NCBI GenBank assembly: GCA_000002445.1
Contig: CP000067.1
Span: forward strand, 512,001-576,000
Source: Trypanosoma brucei
Taxonomy: Eukaryota
Length of the DNA: 64,000 nucleotides
Direction of reading: 5' to 3'
Positions within the stretch are counted from its first letter, which is position 1. Each line of letters starts with the position of its first letter. This document shows positions 1-11,200 of the stretch, one piece after another. The notes beneath the pieces are model-generated. The model searched no databases and was not told the DNA's origin. It saw only the letters and a list, made by a program, of their open reading frames with translations. The position numbers and the translations under genes are program-made.

Positions 1-688
1 TGAGGAACTCCGGCATTTTCACTTATTTTACCTTATAATGTTTTACACCCACTTAAGTAAATAAATCTGCGAAAATAAAAATAAAGTATGAGCGAAATAG
101 ATGACAAAGGAACCATAGGAAAGAAGGGACACGGCAAAACCATCAACTCTACCACCAACACTGCCAAGCGTTGCACGACAACTACCACAGAGCTCGTCTC
201 TTAACTTCAATCGCTTCTATCCTGCGCTTCCTTTCTTGCCTGTGTTTTGTTGGTGGAAAACCAAACCTGACGGCGAGCATAGACTCCGCTTCATCCTCGT
301 AAGCAGTTTTGTCGGCCTTTCTTCCTTCCGTTTTTACTTTCTCCTTTTGACCTTCTTACATTCACAACCCGTTAGGTCTGTAGATAAGCGTGTACTCGCG
401 GCGTATGAGCGGTTCTCCACGGCCACCAACACAGTAAAGGGGTATGAGGGCCTCTCACTCTGATCCTTAGCTATCACCTTTTGTTCCTTTTGCACTTTTC
501 CCTTCCTCACTGCTATATCCTGATGCTATGTTGTCCCACTTTGCCCCTTTACTTTTAATATATCCTTCTTTTCACTTCTTCTCCCTCCTCCTCACCTCCC
601 TCCCTCATATAAGCTTCATGCTTTAACGAACATCAAAGACCACATATATCTCCCTTTGCTGCACTTCAAACAAATCGATTCTGATGCC

Positions 689-1261
689 TTACTCCTCATT
701 GCCACCACCCCGTCGGTCGTTGCCACCACGGCCACGACCACCACGGCTGCCACCTCGCCCAGCACCGCGACCGCCGCGGCCACCACGCCGACGCTCCACG
801 GGGTCCCGTTCCTCTTCCTCCTTCACCTCAGACTCGGGGAGCGGGGCCTGGTAACCAATGTGGTTCACATCCAGCGGCTTCAACGACAGCGTAATAAGAA
901 TCGTTGAAACTTTCCGCTCCACCTCCATCTTGTCCTTCTTCTCACCAATCCCTTCATACTCGTCGTGGATAACTTCAGACGAGATTTCGGTCGTCTGATG
1001 AAGGCCAGCCACACGGCGCTTCAGCACTTCCGCGACGCCGACCGCGCTGCGGATAGCAGCACCCATAGCACTGATCTTCACGGAGTCATACTTCGGTTTC
1101 CCCTCCTCACCACGTAGGAGCGCTAACGCATACGTGATGTAACCACGGCTTCCAGGCCTCGCAGTCACACGGATCTCATTCTCAGCACCCTGGCCCTTTT
1201 CCTTAGCACCCTCGTTTTTGCGAACACGGCGGTACTCGTCACGTGGCGGATATGAAGGCAT
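689..1261 (-). CDS. ALBA3: Alba-domain nucleic-acid-binding protein with C-terminal RGG/RG-rich tail (190 aa)
   Basis: The translation has an Alba (Sso10b-like) fold signature (…NEIRVTARPGSRGYITYALALL…ISAMGAAIRSAVGVAEVLKRRVAGLHQTTEI…KVSTILITL…). Its C-terminus is made of RGG repeats (RRRGGRGGRGAGRGGSRGGRGRGG). The ALBA3 symbol comes from recalled T. brucei chr4 synteny (ALBA3/ALBA4 next to CC2D). It could be the paralogue ALBA4 instead. Confidence 0.75.
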   Translation of the reverse strand: MPSYPPRDEYRRVRKNEGAKEKGQGAENEIRVTARPGSRGYITYALALLRGEEGKPKYDSVKISAMGAAIRSAVGVAEVLKRRVAGLHQTTEISSEVIHDEYEGIGEKKDKMEVERKVSTILITLSLKPLDVNHIGYQAPLPESEVKEEEERDPVERRRGGRGGRGAGRGGSRGGRGRGGNDRRGGGNEE

Positions 1262-2497
1262 CGTCAGCTTGTGCTTGAAAATACAAGTTTATGTTGGTAA
1301 GTCCTCGGCAGAAAAAATCCTAGGTCCCAAAACGTGAGACGCACGAACACCGGTGACAACAAACAGATAAACAGCAATGTTGACGTGACAATAAGAGGCA
1401 TAAAAGCAGCGGAACGAAGAATAAAGAGCGGTCGCTTCGACGGAAGGGAACCCTTGCAGGTGCAAATTGACAATGATAGCGGCACTCGAAAAATATGCCG
1501 TATTAACAACACATGGACGAAGAAAAAAAAGTAAGCATATTTACTTATAATAACCAGCTACAGCTAAATAAAGCGGAAAGGCTGATTGCGAAAGAACTTG
1601 GTAACATTGGACCCGTCCTCAAAAAAAAAGGTAAAAAGGTATCATTTGTGTTACATACACATACAAGAGGTACTTGTGCTGATTCCCATTACATCTCACG
1701 CACCTCTCGCTGTCGGTCAACGCGAAAGCACAATGCTTCGTTCCCTTTCTTCCTTCCCATTTGTGTCCCTTTTCTTTTCTTCGTTTTCCACCTTGGTCTC
1801 CCATTCTCGTCTCATTATTCCCTTTTGACGTGCTGTTGCACCACGTAAACAACAAGTGCAACGCCGAAACGCTCTATTGTGCTCACTCCCACCTTCCTCC
1901 TCGTTACACGGGCAGTAAGTGGGTTGTCGCTGTGGTCTCACGAATACACTGACCGATGGAAGGGTGTGAATACCGGCAAGAAAAATAAAAATAAGAGGTA
2001 CAACACCGATTAGCCAACGGAAAAGGCGAAGTAAGGGAAAAAGAGGGGGAAAGCAGCACAATCGTACGAGGTAATGACTCCTGCGGAGTGTGCCTGGGAC
2101 CTGCCTATCCACGCATAACATCGCCTCTCCTAACCATATGAGAGTCTTGCACACACGTCAGACGCACACAAGAGAGCATTCTGTACCGACACTCCAAGTC
2201 GTCACCAATAAACACAACAGTAACTGAATACGTGGCCTGTTGGCACCCCATCTCCCTCTACACCACAGTATCGTCGGCCGAAAATAATAAGTTCTCGAGG
2301 GCCCTCTCTCAAAATGATACATGTTAACTCTCCTCACATTTATCAATCTCTTTTTTCTTTTACTATTCAAGTAAATCATTCATTCTCTAGACAACCTTAT
2401 TCTGGACAGCATTGGAAGTGTCAAAGCGCAGCAACATTCCACCCCTCCCCCCGTTTTTGGCACCGCCCGTCACTCAAAACACCATTGGGCGCGAGAG

Positions 2498-4258
2498 TTA
2501 CGGAGCAGAAGGCAACCTCGCCGATTGTTCATTCATAAGAGAGAGCTGACGCTCAAACGCCCGTTTGTTCAACGTTCGCAACGATGTCATCAATTCCTCT
2601 AGGGCTTGCTGATGGGTCTCCATCCACTCCTTCTGCTCAACAAAAGACTGCAAGCGCGAGTCCAGCAGCGCCAGCGTCATCTTTACAGAAGCTCTCGATT
2701 TCTCTGAACAGGCCGCCGCATTATCTAACTCCGTAATTAGCGGAGGAACCTCGTCGTCCCGTGTACCCCAGAACACACGCTGCAATGTCAAAGAGACGGT
2801 ACGGAACGTCTGCCTGACGCGCTGGCTCTCCGCCTCATTCTCATTGAGGATGTCCCGCTCGTTTATGGTCTCCTTCTCGGAGACTTTTATGAAAGATGCA
2901 TGCTCTTCCCGCAGTATTGTGAGACGGTCTTGGAGCGTCCTAATGATATTCTCCAGTGCTGCTTCGTACTGTTTTACAATTGTCTCATTCGTCTTCTCCC
3001 CCCTCACGCCACTGGCACCGCGGCGTGCACGTGACTCTTCTTGCCGCTTCTGATGATCCTCAGCGAGTTTTGTGTCCCAGAACGACTGTAGCTGCTGCTT
3101 GAGCGCAAGTGTGTTATTCTCATAAATAACTGCATCAGATTGCCGAGCCTCTTCAGAGAGCTTTAGAGCCTCCGACAGCTTCTGGATTTCACTCCGCGCT
3201 TCCGTTTCCGATTCCTGAGTCTTCTCGAGCACTATTGCCATCTCTTCCATCCGCCCCATAAGCTTTGCAAATTCCTCCGCCCGATCAGGGTCGGCATTTG
3301 ACATCGGTGAGCGACCGGCATGGGGCACATCGCCGTTAGTAGCTTCGTTCTTGGTGCGCAGTTTGGCGCGCAAGTTCTCGATAACAACGTCCTTCTCCAG
3401 GAGCTGTTCCTCAAACTCACGCTCCTTCGCCTCCATCTCCTTCTTATTTTCCTGAATAATCGCGGCCACGAGTTCGCTGTTACGGTGGGCAAGTTTTTCA
3501 TTGCGCGCCCGCTCCCGCTTTATGGCCTCAATGGCCTTCTTCCGTTCCTCTTCAAGAGAGTTCTTCTGCTCCGTCATCTGCTGCAGTAATGCCTCAAGAT
3601 CATTGTTGATACCAACCAACTCCCGCTCCCTCTCATCAACCTTCTCCTGCAAATCTTTAAGCGCCTTCTCATGATCGCGAATCAGTTTCTCTATCCGCTT
3701 ATCATTCTCATCCTTCAATCTGGCGATCATCGCCTTGGTTTCTGCCTCCAGTTCTGCATTGCGCTTGAGTAACGCATCAACACCGTCAGGTGGTGCATCA
3801 CGATTTGCATAGAGGCGCATCACCTCGCGAAACGGGTACAAATCAACACGCTGCTGAATTTCTTCCTCGTCAATATCCGCGTCGTGAGTGACGTGAAATG
3901 TGACGTACAAACTGCCAAGTCGAAGCTCCCGCAGTGCGACATTTTCCAACGGCACATCACATGCAGCAGCGGCATCCTTCACAAACACGTCACAGAGTGC
4001 CACCATGTGGTTGTCAAGCACACACTTCCATCCGTCGCCGTCGAAACGCCTCGTGTGCTGTGTTGTAATCATTTCCACGGACGACAATGAGGTCGACGAA
4101 GACATTCCTTCAACCAGATCACTCGTGTTAGACGGAACCGCGTCAGACGCCACATCCACGGGTTGCGCTTGCTTCACAAGCTGCAAGTAACCGCCCACCT
4201 GAGGGCTACCCACAATTTCGGAAGACCATGCCACCTCCACTCCAACAGAAGCCTCCAT
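2498..4258 (-). CDS. Hypothetical coiled-coil protein (~586 aa from the Met at 4258; the six-frame ORF extends to 4336)
   Basis: A long minus-strand ORF whose C-terminal half is rich in heptad-like K/E/R/L sequence (…LEAETKAMIARLKDENDKRIEKLIRDHEKALKDLQEKVDERERELVGI…). The first in-frame ATG at 4336 lies inside a (TA)n tract and the following 'MRGYIYIRT' is not protein-like, so the start was moved to MEASVGVEV at 4258. Confidence 0.6.
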   Translation of the reverse strand: MEASVGVEVAWSSEIVGSPQVGGYLQLVKQAQPVDVASDAVPSNTSDLVEGMSSSTSLSSVEMITTQHTRRFDGDGWKCVLDNHMVALCDVFVKDAAAACDVPLENVALRELRLGSLYVTFHVTHDADIDEEEIQQRVDLYPFREVMRLYANRDAPPDGVDALLKRNAELEAETKAMIARLKDENDKRIEKLIRDHEKALKDLQEKVDERERELVGINNDLEALLQQMTEQKNSLEEERKKAIEAIKRERARNEKLAHRNSELVAAIIQENKKEMEAKEREFEEQLLEKDVVIENLRAKLRTKNEATNGDVPHAGRSPMSNADPDRAEEFAKLMGRMEEMAIVLEKTQESETEARSEIQKLSEALKLSEEARQSDAVIYENNTLALKQQLQSFWDTKLAEDHQKRQEESRARRGASGVRGEKTNETIVKQYEAALENIIRTLQDRLTILREEHASFIKVSEKETINERDILNENEAESQRVRQTFRTVSLTLQRVFWGTRDDEVPPLITELDNAAACSEKSRASVKMTLALLDSRLQSFVEQKEWMETHQQALEELMTSLRTLNKRAFERQLSLMNEQSARLPSAP

Positions 4259-5254
4259 GACTCTCCGGTAAGCTGACGTTGATAAAATGAATGCCCTTAG
4301 CTCGCTCTCTGTACGTATATATATATATCCTCTCACCTCCCTTCAGAGCACCTTTGAAACAAATACGCCAATGACAACAAACAACTGCCAACGAAAGATT
4401 TGAATGCACCTACAAAATGAGGTTACTCTAATATGACCAATAGGGTTACTGGGTGCTCATCGAAAAAAAAAAGCAGAGGAGTGTTAAACATACATATACA
4501 CCTTTTTCAAATGACTACAAAGTGCAAAGGTATCTGACAACTTCTCCCGACCAGCGTGGTATTATTATTATTATTTAAAAGCGCAAGAATTTGGGCGTAC
4601 TACCACAATATGTCGCACTCAGCATGCCCTGTGAACATATGTAATACGACAAAAGCACAAGCCATCACATGCCGCATCAACGGGGCGAAAAACCGAGTGC
4701 ACAAACGCAATCAATCACCCGATCAGTCCACCGTTTTTCAGGTGCCCCCCCCCCAAAAAACCACCTCATCACCAGAAGCATCAGAGACAGGAGGAAAGGC
4801 ATATATTACGCCTTCCAATAGCACTAAAATGCTGCCACCGCAGAATAGAGGCAGTTTGACCATACTGTTCCACTGGAGATTCAGTGGTAAACCGCCACGA
4901 ACTGATTTTGAAAGAAAAAACAAGCATTCGAACCCTTCCCCGACACCTACGTTAACAAATATAAGAGTAACGGAAAAACAGAAGAGTGCAACAGTGATAA
5001 GAAACACAATGCGCCACACCACCGTCAGATATTAGAAATGGCAAATTACACAGAAGTAAATGTTGATTCACTGAATAACAAAAAAAGGCTTCATACAGCA
5101 AAAACGTACATTGCAACGAAACACTGCACTTAAGTAAAAATAAAGGAACATCACCATACATCCAATAGAAAAAAATGTAAGTAGCAATAATACGTATTTA
5201 AAAATGTCAAAATTGTCAGCAACAAAGATGCTTACACGAACAGAAAAAAAAAGA

Positions 5255-8200
5255 CTACGCCTCATTTCCACGCAGTTCTTCACGAAGAGCTTTAACCTCA
5301 TCCTCTAGTCTCTTTATAACTAAGTCATTACACTTTCTCAGCTCCTCTTGAGACTCCACATAATACTTCATCGTCTCCTCCTGAACCCTTATAGACTCTC
5401 TCAGCTTTAGCACCCTCTTGGCCAGGACAGAACAAAGATGGCAATCATTAACATCGGACAGACTTGAAAGAAGAGAAGAACCTTCAAAAGCATCACCACT
5501 TCCACCACGATACGAAACACACAAAGACCCACAATCATCATTTATTTTGGACACAACAGCATCATCTTCTTCACAACGAGAAGCGGCAAGAGCCGAAGAA
5601 AGAGGAAAGCCAACTTCCTCCTTCACCTTAAGTGGGGGCACACAGGTACCCGCATCACCACCAGCACCCTCCGTGGCACCCCTTCGGTCGAGGTCAACTC
5701 CACCACCAAACAGGGAATTACTGCCATCCACAGGGCAAAGAACATTACTAGAAATCGCACCTCCAACGTTACCAGATTTTAAAAACACCACATCATGATC
5801 ATCGGAAACGACTCGACAACCCATAACTCTAAGAGCATCAGCAACACAATGACCAACTGTTTTTTCACAAAGAAAAGCACTATCCTTAGAAACCTTAACA
5901 TTCATATTATCCACAGTAGAATACGCAAAATCATTCACAGCACTCCCACAAACATTGGTACATTGCAGAGCTTCATACTTTTCATTCAAAGCCCGTAATG
6001 ATTTAAGTTCATCCTCCATGGCAGAATTCGAACGCCTCGCAGCTTCATACTGTTCATTCAAGGACCGTAATGATTTAAGTTCATCCTCCATTGCAGTATT
6101 ACTACGTTGTAGAGTTTCATACTGTTCATTCAAAGCTCGCAATGATTTAAGTTCATCCTCCATGTCAGAATTCGAACGTCTCGCAGCTTCATACTGTTCA
6201 TTCAAAGCTCGCAATGATTTAAGTTCATCCTCCATGGCAGAATTCGAACGCCTCGCAGCTTCATACTGTTCATTCAAGGACCGTAATGATTTAAGTTCAT
6301 CCTCCATGGCAGTATTACTACGTTGTAGAGTTTCATACTGTTCATTCAAAGCTCGCAATGATTTAAGTTCATCCTCCATGTCAGAATTCGAACGTCTCAC
6401 AGCTTCATACTGTTCATTCGCAGCTCGCAATGAATCAAGTTCTTCCTCCATGGCAGCATTGGTACGTTGCAGAGTTTCATACTGTTCATTCAAAGCTCGC
6501 AATGAATCAAGTTCTTCCTCCATGGCAGCATTGGTACGTTGAAGAGTTTCATACTGTTCATTCAAAGCTCGCAATGAATCAAGTTCATCCTCCATGGCAG
6601 CATTGGTACGTTGCAGAGTTTCATACTGTTCATTCAAAGCTCGCAATGAATCAAGTTCATCTTCCATGGCAGCATTGGTACGTTGCAGAGTTTCATACTG
6701 TTCATTCAAAGCTCGCAATGAATCAAGTTCATCTTCCATGGCAGCATTTAAATGCCGAAGTTCCTCAAGCTCCTCATTCACGGCCTTCTCTTCTTTAGAT
6801 TGCTCTCTTATACCCTCATCAAGTTCCTCAAGTCGGCTGAGATGTCGTTGAAGTGTTGATTCTTCTGTGGTTTCATGAGCTCCGCCAGCGGTGCCGCTAT
6901 TGTTAGCAGGCTTTTTATACTCCTCCATGACGCAATTGATTATTTCCCTTGATTTCTCCTTGATAAATTCGCAACGATATTCTGCCACTTCCTTGAGTCG
7001 TTCAATCTCCTTTAACTTCCTCTCTAGGTTGAGAATCTGCCCGGTCATTGTACTTATAACGTTCCCACTTTCATTGCATTCCCTCTTAAATTCCCTATAG
7101 ACGTTCAAGATATCTAGATCCTCAGCAACAACATCTCGCAATGAATCAAGTTCTTCCTCCATGGCAGCATTAGTACGCTGCAGAGTTTCATACTGTTCAT
7201 TCACAGCTCGCAATGAATCAAGTTCATCCTCCATAGCAGCATTAGTACGTTGCAGAGTTTCATACTGTTCATTCAAAGCTCGCAATGAATCAAGTTCTTC
7301 CTCCATGGCAGCATTGGCACGCTGCAGAGTTTCATACTGTTCATTCAAAGCTCGCAATGAATCAAGTTCTTCCTCCATGGCAGCATTAGTACGTTGCAGA
7401 GTTTCATACTCAGCAACAACATCTCGCAATGAATCGAGTTCATCCTCCATGGCAGCATTGGTACGTTGCAGAGTTTCATACTGTTCATTCACAGCTCGCA
7501 ATGAATCAAGTTCATCCTCCATGGCAGCATTGGTACGTTGCAGAGTTTCATACTGTTCATTCAAAGCTCGCAATGAATCAAGTTCTTCCTCCATGGCAGC
7601 ATTGGCACGCTGCAGAGTTTCATACTGTTCATTCACAGCTCGCAATGAATCAAGTTCATCCTCCATAGCAGCATTAGTACGTTGCAGAGTTTCATACTGT
7701 TCATTCACAGCTCGCAATGAATCAAGTTCATCTTCCATGGCAGCATTGGTACGTTGCAGAGTTTCATACTGTTCATTCACAGCTCGCAATGAATCAAGTT
7801 CATCCTCCATGGCAGCATTGGTACGTTGCAGAGTTTCATACTGTTCATTCAAAGCTCGCAATGAATCAAGTTCATCTTCCATGGCAGCATTAGTACGCTG
7901 CAGAGTTTCATACTGTTCATTCACAGCTCGCAATGAATCAAGTTCATCTTCCATGGCAGCATTGGCACGCTGCAGAGTTTCATACTGTTCATTCAAAGCT
8001 CGCAATGAATCAAGTTCATCCCCCATGGCAGCATTTAAATGCCGAAGTTCCTCAAGCTCCTCATTCACGGCCTTCTCTTCTTTAGATTGCTCTCTTATAC
8101 CCTCATCAAGTTCCTCAAGTCGGCTGAGATGTCGTTGAAGTGTTGATTCTTCTGTGGTTTCATGAGCTCCGCCAGCGGTGCCGCTATTGTTAGCAGGCTT

Positions 8201-11200
8201 TTTATACTCCTCCATGACGCAATTGATTATTTCCCTTGATTTCTCCTTGATAAATTCGCAACGATATTCTGCCACTTCCTTGAGTCGTTCAATCTCCTTT
8301 AACTTCCTCTCTAGGTTGAGAATCTGCCCGGTCATTGTACTTATAACGTTCCCACTTTCATTGCATTCCCTCTTAAATTCCCTATAGACGTTCAAGATAT
8401 CTAGATCCTCAGCAACAACATCTCGCAATGAATCGAGTTCTTCCTCCATGGCAGCATTAGTACGCTGCAGAGTTTCATACTGTTCATTCACAGCTCGCAA
8501 TGAATCAAGTTCATCCTCCATAGCAGCATTAGTACGTTGCAGAGTTTCATACTGTTCATTCAAAGCTCGCAATGAATCAAGTTCATCCTCCATGGCAGCA
8601 TTGGCACGCTGCAGAGTTTCATACTGTTCATTCAAAGCTCGCAATGAATCAAGTTCTTCCTCCATGGCAGCATTAGTACGTTGCAGAGTTTCATACTGTT
8701 CATTCAAAGCTCGCAATGAATCAAGTTCTTCCTCCATGGCAGCATGAGTACGTTGCAGAGTTTCATACTGTTCATTCAAAGCTCGCAATGAATCAAGTTC
8801 TTCCTCCATGGCAGCATGAGTACGTTGCAGAGTTTCATACTGTTCATTCAAAGCTCGCAATGAATCAAGTTCATCCTCCATAGCAGCGTTGGCACGCTGC
8901 AGAGTTTCATACTGTTCATTCACAGCTCGCAATGAATCAAGTTCATCTTCCATGGCAGCATTGGTACGTTGCAGAGTTTCATACTGTTCATTCACAGCTC
9001 GCAATGAATCAAGTTCATCCTCCATGGCAGCATTGGTACGTTGCAGAGTTTCATACTGTTCATTCACAGCTCGTAATGAATCAAGTTCATCTTCCATGGC
9101 AGCATTGGTACGTTGCAGAGTTTCATACTGTTCATTCAAAGCTCGCAATGAATCAAGTTCATCTTCCATGGCAGCATTTAAATGCCGAAGTTCCTCAAGC
9201 TCCTCATTCACGGCCTTCTCTTCTTTAGATTGCTCTCTTATACCCTCATCAAGTTCCTCAAGTCGGCTGAGATGTCGTTGAAGTGTTGATTCTTCTGTGG
9301 TTTCATGAGCTCCGCCAGCGGTGCCGCTATTGTTAGCAGGCTTTTTATACTCCTCCATGACGCAATTGATTATTTCCCTTGATTTCTCCTTGATAAATTC
9401 GCAACGATATTCTGCCACTTCCTTGAGTCGTTCAATCTCCTTTAACTTCCTCTCTAGGTTGAGAATCTGCCCGGTCATTGTACTTATAACGTTCCCACTT
9501 TCATTGCATTCCCTCTTAAATTCCCTATAGACGTTCAAGATATCTAGATCCTCAGCAACAACATCTCGCAATGAATCGAGTTCTTCCTCCATGGCAGCAT
9601 TAGTACGCTGCAGAGTTTCATACTGTTCATTCACAGCTCGCAATGAATCAAGTTCATCCTCCATAGCAGCATTAGTACGTTGCAGAGTTTCATACTGTTC
9701 ATTCAAAGCTCGCAATGAATCAAGTTCATCCTCCATGGCAGCATTGGCACGCTGCAGAGTTTCATACTGTTCATTCAAAGCTCGCAATGAATCAAGTTCT
9801 TCCTCCATGGCAGCATTAGTACGTTGCAGAGTTTCATACTGTTCATTCAAAGCTCGCAATGAATCAAGTTCTTCCTCCATGGCAGCATTAGTACGTTGCA
9901 GAGTTTCATACTGTTCATTCAAAGCTCGCAATGAATCAAGTTCTTCCTCCATGGCAGCATGAGTACGTTGCAGAGTTTCATACTGTTCATTCAAAGCTCG
10001 CAATGAATCAAGTTCTTCCTCCATGGCAGCATGAGTACGTTGCAGAGTTTCATACTGTTCATTCAAAGCTCGCAATGAATCAAGTTCTTCCTCCATGGCA
10101 GCATTAGTACGTTGCAGAGTTTCATACTGTTCATTCAAAGCTCGCAATGAATCAAGTTCATCCTCCATAGCAGCGTTGGCACGCTGCAGAGTTTCATACT
10201 GTTCATTCACAGCTCGCAATGAATCAAGTTCATCTTCCATGGCAGCATTGGTACGTTGCAGAGTTTCATACTGTTCATTCACAGCTCGCAATGAATCAAG
10301 TTCATCCTCCATGGCAGCATTGGTACGTTGCAGAGTTTCATACTGTTCATTCACAGCTCGTAATGAATCAAGTTCATCTTCCATGGCAGCATTGGTACGT
10401 TGCAGAGTTTCATACTGTTCATTCAAAGCTCGCAATGAATCAAGTTCATCTTCCATGGCAGCATTTAAATGCCGAAGTTCCTCAAGCTCCTCATTCACGG
10501 CCTTCTCTTCTTTAGATTGCTCTCTTATACCCTCATCAAGTTCCTCAAGTCGGCTGAGATGTCGTTGAAGTGTTGATTCTTCTGTGGTTTCATGAGCTCC
10601 GCCAGCGGTGCCGCTATTGTTAGCAGGCTTTTTATACTCCTCCATGACGCAATTGATTATTTCCCTTGATTTCTCCTTGATAAATTCGCAACGATATTCT
10701 GCCACTTCCTTGAGTCGTTCAATCTCCTTTAACTTCCTCTCTAGGTTGAGAATCTGCCCGGTCATTGTACTTATAACGTTCCCACTTTCATTGCATTCCC
10801 TCTTAAATTCCCTATAGACGTTCAAGATATCTAGATCCTCAGCAACAACATCTCGCAATGAATCGAGTTCTTCCTCCATGGCAGCATTAGTACGCTGCAG
10901 AGTTTCATACTGTTCATTCACAGCTCGCAATGAATCAAGTTCATCCTCCATAGCAGCATTAGTACGTTGCAGAGTTTCATACTGTTCATTCAAAGCTCGC
11001 AATGAATCAAGTTCATCCTCCATGGCAGCATTGGCACGCTGCAGAGTTTCATACTGTTCATTCAAAGCTCGCAATGAATCAAGTTCTTCCTCCATGGCAG
11101 CATTAGTACGTTGCAGAGTTTCATACTGTTCATTCAAAGCTCGCAATGAATCAAGTTCTTCCTCCATGGCAGCATTAGTACGTTGCAGAGTTTCATACTG

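Noticed and set aside
656-907. 83-aa plus-strand ORF 'MLHFKQIDSDALLLIATTPSVVATTATTTTAATSP…'.
   Set aside because: It is antisense to the RGG-repeat tail of the Alba gene. The Thr/Ala run is the complement of the Gly/Arg codons.
1513-2154. Several 80–145-aa ORFs on both strands between the Alba gene and the 612-aa gene.
   Set aside because: This is a polypyrimidine- and homopolymer-rich intergenic / UTR region. The ORFs overlap each other, have low-complexity translations, and show no coding-strand consistency with the minus-strand array.
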